Virus record (IMG/VR): IMGVR_UViG_3300028835_000602
Coordinates: 1-60,491 of that record
Source: a virus
Lineage: Duplodnaviria > Caudoviricetes
Strand: one strand, 5' to 3'
Length of the DNA stretch: 60,491 nucleotides
Position 1 is the first letter of the stretch, and each line of letters begins with the position of its first letter. The position numbers and the translations under genes are program-made. Below the pieces are notes generated by a model that was not told where the DNA came from, did not search any database, and saw only the letters and a list, made by a program, of their open reading frames with translations. This document shows, one piece after another, positions 33,901 to 42,425 of the stretch.

Positions 33901-36329
33901 GTGGCGGAGCTGGAGTTGGGGCGACTTTTGATTTAGCTTCATCTGGGATCACTGGGGCTGGAGAAGCAGCTGAATACACTCTGGGGGAATTGAAAGAATT
34001 AGGAGCTACTGTTAGCGAAGTAGGAGGGGAAACGTGGGTTGATTTAACGAATACTGGCTTGGTTGAAGCTGGAGAGGCGGCTGAATATACCACCGGAGAA
34101 CTTCAAGAAATGGGGATTGCCGCCAAGGAATCGAGCTCTTCATTCGCTTCGATCCTCCCTCCAGTCGCTGCAGTTGCATGGGCTGTCACCAACCTTGTAA
34201 CCAATATCGAGGGCCTTAAAACAAAATTCAAAGATGGTAAGATTGAAGCTCGTGATTTCACTACAGCACTTGGCGAGATTGCAAGTCCCGTAACCTCGCT
34301 TCTCCCGGATATGGGACGGCTGGATGAGGCTATCAAAGGCATGGCAGCGGGCTTTGCTATCCTGGGACCTCCCGGCGCAATTATCGGAGGATTGATCGGG
34401 GCCTTCGGGGGTGCCGTAGGAATCAAGCATGGCACAAGCGGACTGGAAGAACTCGGCCTGGCAATGGATAAAATTGTTGAGAAGGGCGATCAGTTTGCAG
34501 AACAGACGGTTGCCCGGCTTCGCCAGCTAACGCATGGGGAGAGAGGTGTCTTATCTGAAATAGCTGACGCCGAACATCGAGGAGGCGGGGAACTACTGGA
34601 AGTCCTTGAAATGAACTTCGCCGGTCGCCAGGCTTGGTTTAATAAGTACATCGTCCAAAGTGAGGCATTCTCGGACGCTCAGCTAAAGCAAATCCAGGAT
34701 ATGCTCGGCCTCTATGAGAACGCGCAAGATCGCCAGGTGGCACAGGAAAGCGAGGCGTTTGAGGCATCACTGCAATCAATGGGGACTTATGTATGGGAGT
34801 GGGCTCAACTAAATCGCCACCAACGAGATGAAATTGGCGGATGGGAAGAAGCCTTCAAAGAAGCGACTGATAATGTCAAAGCAAACGGAGGTGATTTCCG
34901 AGAAGCATTCATAGAGGCACTAAGAGGATTGCCGGATATCACTGATGAGAGCATGCAGGCTTTGCTTGATGCTTTCGATCAGGCCAGCGGCACATTTGAG
35001 AAGAGCAAATTATTCACCGGTGGAATAGACCTGGGAACGAACGACTGGAGGGAATGGTCAGATGGAATCGCTACCGCCGTTAAATTAGCAGGATCAAATA
35101 TCAAGACTTTTACCGGGGATATTGAAGGCGTTATTGACCAATGGTTAGCAGGAGAAGAATTTGATCTTGAAGAGGCGTTGCTCCGGATTCCCGGAATGAC
35201 ACGCGATCTTGCAGAGAGTTTCAAGCAAGAAGCCGAGGCACTAAAGGACCAAGAGCTAACGGACTTCGGATTCAGTGATGAGAATATCGCTAACCTCGAA
35301 AAATCCATGGCAGAGGTTGAAAGAATCGTCTCGGAGAGCGGGGGGCTGGAGGGTTTCCGGGAGAGATTCAGCGCGGAACTCGGTGGACTGGGTGACGCCA
35401 CACGACAAGAAGGACGGAAGCTCGGACTTTTATTCAGCGAAGGATTCGATATTGAAGGTGGTCTCAGCGATATAGATTTATCAGAGACCTTTTCCCGTAT
35501 TCAATCTGAGGCATCGACTGCCGGATATGACGCAGGAGCTGCCTACAAGGAAGGATTCGAGGAGGGAGCCAGCGGTTCCGGGATTCTTGGAGATGTAATG
35601 TGGAGTATGGCAGTTGTCCAGGAGGCGATCAATAACTTCTCTAAATGGGGAGAGGAGATTGGCAAGGAATACAAGGAAGGCTTCGCCAAGGAAGCTGAAA
35701 TAGGAGACCTTACCGGGCTCGATATTGATAGCGAGATAAGGAGAACCGGGAGGGAGCAGGAGGATATAGATGACAGAGGGTTAATCGAAACCCTTCAAAG
35801 GGTTGGCGGCTCTTTAGATGGGGTAGATGAAAGTACAGGAGAAGCCACTTCATCCATATTCTCGATGGCAGAGGAGATAGATAGCACTAATGACTTCTTC
35901 GCCTTACTGAGGAGCTTGCTCGATCAAACGGCTCTCTCTCTCAATATTTTCAATAGCAAACTTGGAGCTACCCCGGAGCCGGACCCCTTCGGCTCTACGA
36001 AGCCAGGAAGGGGAATCGGGGCCGGTTTTTCCCTTGACAACCTTCGGGAGATCGTGGCATCTTTGGCTCAGGCTCCCCGGATACTGGCAGGAGCTTTGAC
36101 CGGCGTCCCCCTACCAAGAGCTGGAACCCTGCGCGCGCCGGAGATCCCGGGAGGACTCGGGGGAAGGGAAATAACCGTCCGACAGGTGAGTGAATATCAT
36201 CTGCACTTTGACAGCTTTGAGGACGAGGACCGCGTTGTGAAGGTGGTCCGGGACAAGCTGAGGCCAGCCCTCGAGGATGATCTGCAGAGGACCGGCCGGA
36301 CCCTGGAGGATCTGCTGAAAAGGACCTGA
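30978..36329 (+). CDS. tail tape measure protein (TP901-type core)
   Basis: 1783 aa, Ala/Gly-rich and helical; GLYDILSAS, GKVTYEELA core. Confidence 0.93.
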   Translation: MDELIAELIGTVSIKGLEKTAADINKVAQNLRKLSNQTGQQLGKQENRYRSWSQRIKGFAEKNGAALRSMGRYLTVLGATLTALVTKSGQLFVAYEKGASDISTLLSGGLTEISGQMAIFDQGIKQLSVDFDQTTDNLQRGLYDILSASIAPADALQVLAVASEAATAGLTSVGVSADALTTILNAYQLEASQATEVSDKLWAIVKRGKVTYEELAGSIGLAASTAAVAGLRFEELGALIATATRAGVRNRIAMTGARSTLLAFLKNTDEQKEAARKFGFELNEVTLAAEGLEGVIKKLAGANDLNRAATAAEIVEIFQNRRALNVLAPVLQDVAGFTKDIALLNDSAGLSALAFSKRADDLGFQLGQLSKQLKILMIDFFEPLVPLIRGIADAIGGLLKWFENLNAGMKGVIATITLLSGVLLTLTGTLAFLLPGLLKFGALLSGPIVIGIAAAVAVLVGAGGLIAAISAANSEFEDAGKNASEFAARLKQTVAEYESTQKRIEHLISKYDELKLKLAEQEKGTDDYIKTQKELKKTIDAILRIVPDAGGAWNDYGVIIDIDKKKVEEFTEAQKENLKITQEIASITSEITARRLEENREAREEERKQVQADIEFYTQQQAALRARLEAATVPGQPLELIPPKATIDRYKLDILELDKRLNPLKKTLAELNKEGKEHEAALLNMASGLKFMSDQGRISTAQLNTTLDSLRGLRAAYNGLVAGAIEPTKTSIDILGEAFARSKKEFPDFRAYIDDVREASRATINWGEVAGKIGKEMADLEAELETLWEAGDFEAFFKKQVAWLELLKRQNSAITEQGDEVKKLAKVIDETAQRMLEFEGFSIQSLITYLELQRDKFEQGSNEWLAYEQLKVKYTDEAAAQIIQIWGNVTTDFKAGLSDMLQAGLQGWDNLGDAVDDFGKSMVASLRKAFADSIIEKLGFDNLFKENILGLEGILGGFGQSIASTFGGIFSSIGGGGAGVGATFDLASSGITGAGEAAEYTLGELKELGATVSEVGGETWVDLTNTGLVEAGEAAEYTTGELQEMGIAAKESSSSFASILPPVAAVAWAVTNLVTNIEGLKTKFKDGKIEARDFTTALGEIASPVTSLLPDMGRLDEAIKGMAAGFAILGPPGAIIGGLIGAFGGAVGIKHGTSGLEELGLAMDKIVEKGDQFAEQTVARLRQLTHGERGVLSEIADAEHRGGGELLEVLEMNFAGRQAWFNKYIVQSEAFSDAQLKQIQDMLGLYENAQDRQVAQESEAFEASLQSMGTYVWEWAQLNRHQRDEIGGWEEAFKEATDNVKANGGDFREAFIEALRGLPDITDESMQALLDAFDQASGTFEKSKLFTGGIDLGTNDWREWSDGIATAVKLAGSNIKTFTGDIEGVIDQWLAGEEFDLEEALLRIPGMTRDLAESFKQEAEALKDQELTDFGFSDENIANLEKSMAEVERIVSESGGLEGFRERFSAELGGLGDATRQEGRKLGLLFSEGFDIEGGLSDIDLSETFSRIQSEASTAGYDAGAAYKEGFEEGASGSGILGDVMWSMAVVQEAINNFSKWGEEIGKEYKEGFAKEAEIGDLTGLDIDSEIRRTGREQEDIDDRGLIETLQRVGGSLDGVDESTGEATSSIFSMAEEIDSTNDFFALLRSLLDQTALSLNIFNSKLGATPEPDPFGSTKPGRGIGAGFSLDNLREIVASLAQAPRILAGALTGVPLPRAGTLRAPEIPGGLGGREITVRQVSEYHLHFDSFEDEDRVVKVVRDKLRPALEDDLQRTGRTLEDLLKRT

Positions 36330-36742
36330 TGAGTGTCGGACCGAAAATCGGAAAGGAACCGGACATCATCGACCTGACGGGGACTGGCGCCCTGGTTACT
36401 TTGAACTGGGTACCCATACGGGACACGCATCAGTTGGAAGCGGGCAACTCCAGGGACTACAACAAGGGCTGGATCCTGGAGGCGACGGTGGACTGGACGA
36501 GAGAGGCGCTGGTTCCGATGTCCTTCTCCGACGATCTGGCGGACCTCTACAGCCTAACGTGCGACGACACGATTTTCTTCTGGCCGTTCCCGGACAAATA
36601 CCCCGGTTCGTTCTATAAGGTGAAGCTGGTGGGGAAGTGGGACCTGAACCCCCCCCGTGGGCTGACGGGCATGGGGCTGGCCGGGAGGATGATGTTAGTG
36701 GGGAAGGAAGTCTACGACGAGAAACCGAAGTTCCTGACCTAA
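36329..36742 (+). CDS. distal tail-like protein
   Basis: Coupled to the tape measure stop; size and position. Confidence 0.55.
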   Translation: MSVGPKIGKEPDIIDLTGTGALVTLNWVPIRDTHQLEAGNSRDYNKGWILEATVDWTREALVPMSFSDDLADLYSLTCDDTIFFWPFPDKYPGSFYKVKLVGKWDLNPPRGLTGMGLAGRMMLVGKEVYDEKPKFLT

Positions 36743-36753
36743 GGAGGACGCAA

Positions 36754-37050
36754 ATGCCTAACGTGAAACCAACGAGGGACGTGGTCATCGTGAAACCGGT
36801 GGCCCCGGAGGAAGTGAGCAAGGGCGGGATATTCATCCCGCAGACCGGATCGGATGACCAGAAGTACGGCAGCCGCGCGATGGTGGTGGCCTGCGGGCCG
36901 AAGGTGAAGAGTGACCTGAAGCGCGGGCAACTGGTGATCCATAACCGCTACGCAGGGAGCGAGTTCAAGTTCGGGGATGAGCGGCTGCTGGTGATGAGGG
37001 AGGAAGACATCGTCGCCATGCTGCACCCGGAGGAGGGGGAAGAGACGTGA
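36754..37050 (+). CDS. groES: co-chaperonin GroES
   Basis: VKPTRDVVIVK, SKGGIFIP, VVACGP, RYAGSE, VMREEDIVA. Confidence 0.92.
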   Translation: MPNVKPTRDVVIVKPVAPEEVSKGGIFIPQTGSDDQKYGSRAMVVACGPKVKSDLKRGQLVIHNRYAGSEFKFGDERLLVMREEDIVAMLHPEEGEET

Positions 37051-37277
37051 GACCGATGCCCTTCCTGGTTCCATTCCTGTGCCCCCATTGCGGGCAGTTG
37101 ATCAGCTATTACATCACCCGCAATTTCCCGTTCGGCCACGACGAGGATGTCGGCCGATTCGAGAAGGAGGACAAGAAGGACAGCCTGGCGTGCTCCCGGT
37201 GTGGAGAGCCGATCGACATTAAGATAACGATCAAAATAAAAAAGGGGGAGAAAATCCACGAAGGGGGTGAACAATGA
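37047..37277 (+). CDS. zinc-ribbon protein
   Basis: CPHCG...CSRCG. Confidence 0.65.
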   Translation: MRPMPFLVPFLCPHCGQLISYYITRNFPFGHDEDVGRFEKEDKKDSLACSRCGEPIDIKITIKIKKGEKIHEGGEQ

Positions 37278-38374
37278 CAGCACCATCTATTAGGGGCTAT
37301 ACATCGGATCCGCCCTGGGGGGAGAACAGAATCGCGGATACTGAGGACAAGGCATTTAAGCTCGGGAATACGACACCCGGAGGAGCAGGCGTCAATGACT
37401 TCGAGCTTTATTGGTTCAACCGGGGCTATGCGAAGCTCTACGACCCTCGGTTAACCATAATCCCGCACCCGACGATGGATCAAGGAAGCGCTGCCGATAC
37501 AACTGTGGTAATGCGGCTCGGGGAATATTTCTCGATCCCTCCCCCAACTCATATCCTCCCCACTGACACGCCTGCTACGCCCGCGAATACGGGCGACTGG
37601 GACGTTGTCGGAAAACGGGGGCCGATGCAGGATCCATTCCTGTCTTTCGAGAATATCTTTAAATGTGGGATAAGGTGGGGACCTGGGATAAATGCAACCC
37701 CCGGCTGGATCCGGAAGGCGTTTCAGTGGGACGGGAGCTTCAACCCGGACACCTGGGACCTGATCTACATGCCGCTGTCTGATCTCCACACCCCGGATAT
37801 GACGTGGTATGACCCCTGGGTGAAAGTAGATAACGGGTGGGATGTTGAACATTGGCCTGATGTTTCAATGTGGCCGCCGCCAGCTACATCTTTAACGGGT
37901 TACTTCTTGCAGATGTCTAACCCTTTTGGAACTTTCGGGGGTCTTTTTTTACACGATAACGCGGGAAAGCCTTGGTACGATAGCGTTTCAAATTCAATTG
38001 GATACTATGCAACCGCCCTTGTTAACATCAGAAATACTTCTGGACCAGGTTATGAGTTCAGAATAATTATCGATGATGGAACTTATAAGTTCGACGTGAT
38101 AATCAAGGAAACAGAGGTAACTACTTCGGGGGTCAGTGGTGCCTCGCCTTATGCGGTTTCCCTGGCAGGTGATTACGTCGAAGTGGGGGTAGGAGTACAG
38201 GGGACAGAAGCAACTGTTTATATCGACGATACCGCCAGGATAACTGGAACTTTATCAGTTGCATCTACGGGAAAGGCAATAAAATTTGGAATTTTAAGCC
38301 AGGCTGTTTTCGGACATACGAATCTGGCTTCGATCAAATACTACCTCGGCGGCAAGACGGAGCCGACGGGTTAA
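37274..38374 (+). CDS. tail-associated protein with lectin-like C-terminal domain
   Basis: Beta-rich, Trp/Gly-rich; lies in the tail module. Confidence 0.6.
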   Translation: MTAPSIRGYTSDPPWGENRIADTEDKAFKLGNTTPGGAGVNDFELYWFNRGYAKLYDPRLTIIPHPTMDQGSAADTTVVMRLGEYFSIPPPTHILPTDTPATPANTGDWDVVGKRGPMQDPFLSFENIFKCGIRWGPGINATPGWIRKAFQWDGSFNPDTWDLIYMPLSDLHTPDMTWYDPWVKVDNGWDVEHWPDVSMWPPPATSLTGYFLQMSNPFGTFGGLFLHDNAGKPWYDSVSNSIGYYATALVNIRNTSGPGYEFRIIIDDGTYKFDVIIKETEVTTSGVSGASPYAVSLAGDYVEVGVGVQGTEATVYIDDTARITGTLSVASTGKAIKFGILSQAVFGHTNLASIKYYLGGKTEPTG

Positions 38375-38569
38375 ACCAAAAATGAGACATCTGGTTCAAT
38401 CGGAAAAGGCGCAAGTGAGCCGCGTTATTTCCCCGCTCACTATCTGGCCTCAAAAGAGGTATTGAGATACCAGTTCGGGGGAATGGGAGAACCAGCCGCA
38501 GGATCAGCGGACAACCGAGAGCAGGAGGGGGCGATCGGGTGTTTCAGTTAAACACTTACAGCCAGAGCA

Positions 38570-38886
38570 GGGGGTGAAACGGGATCGACGGTTAGATAAA
38601 TAAGACTTGGCGCATGTCGAGGTTGGCCGGGGGGCCTCGTAAAAACCCGGCCGAAGAAGTAATTGGCGAAGCAATGCCATTAGCAGCTTAGACAAGTCTA
38701 AGCCGGGGACCGATCGACGCCGATAGATTATATCCCCGCAGGGATCGGTTGACTTTTGGGGGAACCGTTTTCAAAGCAAAACGGGAGCCTTTGAAGAAGT
38801 AAGGCCGTGCCGCCTTAAGAGCACTAAGCATGTAGTGCCAACCTTATTTGCTATTCCGGACGGGGGTTCGACTCCCCCCACCTCCA
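38570..38886 (+). ncRNA. ssrA: tmRNA
   Basis: 5' GGGGGTGAAACGGGATCGAC; 3' GACGGGGGTTCGACTCCCCCCACCTCCA with the G3-U70 pair; tag frame 38665-38691 GEAMPLAA-stop. Confidence 0.93.
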
Positions 38887-38893
38887 TAAAAAA

Positions 38894-39082
38894 ATGCTAA
38901 CTGACATAGAAAAACTGATCGAGGCGGCCAAGAGTAAGAGGATAAGGTTCTTAAAAGTTCGGGGTGCCCTCAAATCGTCAACCATTATCGGCGAGAATTA
39001 CGAGACCCCGGAGCTGGACGCAAAGATCATGTCTTTCGACACCCTGATCGAGACCCTGGAGACGACAATCAAAAATGCCTAA
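38894..39082 (+). CDS. hypothetical protein
   Basis: 62 aa; overlaps the next start. Confidence 0.5.
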   Translation: MLTDIEKLIEAAKSKRIRFLKVRGALKSSTIIGENYETPELDAKIMSFDTLIETLETTIKNA

Positions 39083-42000
39083 CCCCATCCTCAATCCATC
39101 CTTCGAACTCGACCCCGCCCTCGTCAACTGGACCGTGACGGCCGGCGGGGCTGACGTTTCCCGGTCAGCCAGCTTCGCCTACGACGGGACCTATGCCCTC
39201 CGGATGATTAATCTTACCACGCTTTATTCCCAACACTCGATTACGTCCGATCAATTCGCGGTTGACGGCTCGAAGCTCTACCGCTCACAGATCTTTCATC
39301 TGACGGAGGACGTCGCCGGCGGGGATCCCACCCGGATCAAGTACTTCTGCTTCATCAACTGGTATGATTCAACCCCTTCTCTCCTCGGGCTGACCTGGAT
39401 CGTGCAGTTCGAGCGGAACCCATCCTTCGACACCTGGTACAGGTACGAGACGTACCTCATCAAGCCTCTGTTCGGGGCGGTGAACGCTGAAGTCGTGATC
39501 AGAATGGCGGACGACGGGCCGACGGGGAACTACGGCTTCGCGGACCTGATCTCGCTCGAGGAGATGAGTGACGATGAGGAGACCGGGAACCGGATCACGG
39601 GGAATATCAACACGCTTGTCGAAGTGGCCGACGCCAGGATTACCGGGAGGATCCTCCGGAGGATGATCTGGTCGACCACGCCGACGTCCGAGTTCGACGA
39701 CGAGGAGGCCCGGACCTGCGGCCAGAGTCCGGCGATCAGGGTGCTGGTCTTCCACGACTCCTTTCCGGACAATCCCATCCCGGGCCCTTCCGGACAGCTG
39801 AAGTACATTGACGTGACGGACCGCCTGATGACGCCGGGGGTGATTTACCGGGAGATGACGAAGGGAGTCGGCCGCCCACCCTCGCTGGTCACCTCGGACA
39901 TGTTGCTGACTTTCGACGACAGCGACCGGTACTTCAACGACCGGCAGGAGGGCTCGCTATTCTACGGGCTGGACTACGCCGGGTGGAACCAGGACCGGCG
40001 GGTGGAGGTGTGGGCCGGCTTCAACTACGCCAACGTTGCGGAGGTCCTCCGGAAGGCGAAGTTCTCGATAAAAAAGCTGGTCCCGAATGCGGAGACCGGA
40101 AAAGCCGTGATGCACTTGAAGGACGGGGTGGCGAAGGCGTACGAGGAGAAGATCGGTGTACCGTCGGACGAGACGGTGGACGGACTCGGCCGCCAGGTGG
40201 GGACGTCCCGGCCGCTGGAGTACCCGCGGGACGTGGTCGACGCCTCGAACGACAAGATCGTAGTCCGGACAGACACGGCGGGACCCCCGGCCGGATGGCA
40301 GAACATCTTCATCCCCCGGGGGACTTGGGGAAAGGAGAAGCGGGCGGAGCTGCTGCAGCTGAACCTGAACGAACATGGGGTCTACAAGGCGGCCGGCTAC
40401 AGCTTCGCGGTGACCTACGACGGGGAGAACGACCAGTTCATCATAATCCTGAGCGGTGGAGCCCTGGGCCTCGAGCTGGACGGCGCCGCGAGTACCGCAG
40501 ACCCCCTCTACGGGTTCTCGAACATAACCCACGGAGGACCCGGGACCTACGAGATCAAGTCCGACCTGGTCCCGGTGACGGCGACGGAGACCTTCAAGAA
40601 CGTGATCGAGGATCTGGCGGTCGCCCAGGGGGGGCTGGGATTCGACAACCTGGACATCGAAGACCTGGCGCTGACCTTCCGGAACGTGGCACTCTACAAC
40701 ACGAACGTAGGGACGGCGATCCAGGACATTGCAGAGGTGGGGGTGGGATCCCTGTGGACGGAAGGGATGGACGTGCTGGTTTTCCGGGCCTTCGGCTCGA
40801 TGCCGACGGAGGTCTACCGGGACTTCCGGGGGGACACGAACCGCCAGGACATGGACTATATCGGCCAGGACACCGAGACACAGGTGAGGGAGGTTCAGGT
40901 GACGGGAAGGTACGGGGACGTATCGGTGGCCGAGAGCGGGGGGAGTGTGGGGCAGGTTGTGACGATCGACAGCGGGATCGCAGAGACCCCGGCCCAGGTG
41001 GAGGCGATGGCAACCGGCTACCTGGCGCAGTACAACCTGGCGCCGGCCGGGGTGGAGCTGGACATCGAATACTTCCCATCATGCGAGCCGGGGAAGATGG
41101 TGAGGATCTTCGACAATGCAAAGCCGGATGATCCGATCCTGGGACACGTGGTCCTGAACAATCTGAACCTGGCGAACAAGACGGGGCGGATCGTCGTCAA
41201 GCCGTTCAGCCGGGTGAAGGTATGGGCGACGAAGGAGGACTGGGACGCGTTCGATGCGGAGAGCGGGAACCCCCTGATCGTGCCGACGGGGACCAGCGAG
41301 TTGCAGCTATCACTTCAGGATACGGCCGCAGCCTGGCGCGAGTACGTGGTGGACGCCGGCGCCGGCAAGACGGCGAAGTGGCTGGCGTTTAATAAGACGG
41401 ACGATGACGACTCCCTGCTTTTTTTCCATGACCGGTTCGACACGACTCCGGTGGGACGGTACACGGTCCTGCCGGCGGAGATCCTCTACGAGACGCTGAC
41501 GGGCTACCTGAGCTACGACGCGGAGGAGAAGCAGGCAGTCCTGGCGACGGAGTACGCAACCACGTCGGTGATCCTATTGGTGAACGGGATCAGTGTGGCG
41601 GACGTGAAATGCGAGCATGAGATAATGGTGACGGCGGTGATCGGGGAGGGGATAATCATCGGACAACTCCGAAGAGCAGATGCGGACAACTTCTATATCA
41701 CCGCCTGCCGGCGGGCCGGGGAGTCCCCGCGGATCGGGAAGATGGTGGCGACGGTGAGGACGGGGGATCTATACAAGCCGGACACAGAGTCCTACTACCC
41801 GCTGAATACCTGGCTAACGGTGACACAGCAGATCGCGAGTTCGAACCTGGCGTATCAGGTCGACCCGGGGATAGCGGAGGGAACGGCCCAGGACACGGAC
41901 CTGCCGGCCGCAGGGGGGGTCTCCCAGGGGATCCGGGGGGCGACGGCGGTGATGAGGGCGATCCGGCTCTCCCGGTTCACGAGCTCCCCCGGGACAATCG

Positions 42001-42173
42001 CCTACTCCTTCTGGACGGCGGCAAATCCCGGAGGGCCCTGGACGCCGGCGGCGAGCTTCGCGGCGGCCCCGGACAGTCGACTTTTGAAGACCCGAGTGAC
42101 GATAAGCCGGGCGACGAAATATGACTCTTTAGGGCTTGCGGATAATATGAGCGTGAACTATAATATCAACTGA
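39075..42173 (+). CDS. tail tip/hub protein with N-terminal CBM-like domain
   Basis: ILNPSFE module, hub-like middle, lectin-like C-terminus; 1032 aa. Confidence 0.7.
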   Translation: MPNPILNPSFELDPALVNWTVTAGGADVSRSASFAYDGTYALRMINLTTLYSQHSITSDQFAVDGSKLYRSQIFHLTEDVAGGDPTRIKYFCFINWYDSTPSLLGLTWIVQFERNPSFDTWYRYETYLIKPLFGAVNAEVVIRMADDGPTGNYGFADLISLEEMSDDEETGNRITGNINTLVEVADARITGRILRRMIWSTTPTSEFDDEEARTCGQSPAIRVLVFHDSFPDNPIPGPSGQLKYIDVTDRLMTPGVIYREMTKGVGRPPSLVTSDMLLTFDDSDRYFNDRQEGSLFYGLDYAGWNQDRRVEVWAGFNYANVAEVLRKAKFSIKKLVPNAETGKAVMHLKDGVAKAYEEKIGVPSDETVDGLGRQVGTSRPLEYPRDVVDASNDKIVVRTDTAGPPAGWQNIFIPRGTWGKEKRAELLQLNLNEHGVYKAAGYSFAVTYDGENDQFIIILSGGALGLELDGAASTADPLYGFSNITHGGPGTYEIKSDLVPVTATETFKNVIEDLAVAQGGLGFDNLDIEDLALTFRNVALYNTNVGTAIQDIAEVGVGSLWTEGMDVLVFRAFGSMPTEVYRDFRGDTNRQDMDYIGQDTETQVREVQVTGRYGDVSVAESGGSVGQVVTIDSGIAETPAQVEAMATGYLAQYNLAPAGVELDIEYFPSCEPGKMVRIFDNAKPDDPILGHVVLNNLNLANKTGRIVVKPFSRVKVWATKEDWDAFDAESGNPLIVPTGTSELQLSLQDTAAAWREYVVDAGAGKTAKWLAFNKTDDDDSLLFFHDRFDTTPVGRYTVLPAEILYETLTGYLSYDAEEKQAVLATEYATTSVILLVNGISVADVKCEHEIMVTAVIGEGIIIGQLRRADADNFYITACRRAGESPRIGKMVATVRTGDLYKPDTESYYPLNTWLTVTQQIASSNLAYQVDPGIAEGTAQDTDLPAAGGVSQGIRGATAVMRAIRLSRFTSSPGTIAYSFWTAANPGGPWTPAASFAAAPDSRLLKTRVTISRATKYDSLGLADNMSVNYNIN

Positions 42174-42304
42174 TGAAAGCGAACCAGTGGTCGAAACTCA
42201 GGAAGGACTGCCCCTTCCACAGCTATGACCCCCTGCGGCATCCAAGACATTCTTGCCATTACCGAGGGGCAGGGTGTATAAAAAAGATCTGCCCGAAGCT
42301 ATAA
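42173..42304 (+). CDS. 43-aa Cys/His-rich protein
   Basis: TGATG coupling; MKANQWSKLRKDCPFH...CHYRGAGCIKKICPKL. Confidence 0.5.
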   Translation: MKANQWSKLRKDCPFHSYDPLRHPRHSCHYRGAGCIKKICPKL

Positions 42305-42425
42305 TATAATCAGGCGGGAAAGGAGTGCCGGGAAATCGTGTCGTATCACGGGTGGACTGAGACACCAGACTTCGCCGAACCGACGACGGCCCCGTCTTAA
42401 AATAAAACCCAAAAAAGAGGACGCT

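Noticed and set aside
42352-42372. GGACTGAGACAC resembling 16S rRNA
   Set aside because: Only about 12 nt match; flanks are not rRNA-like
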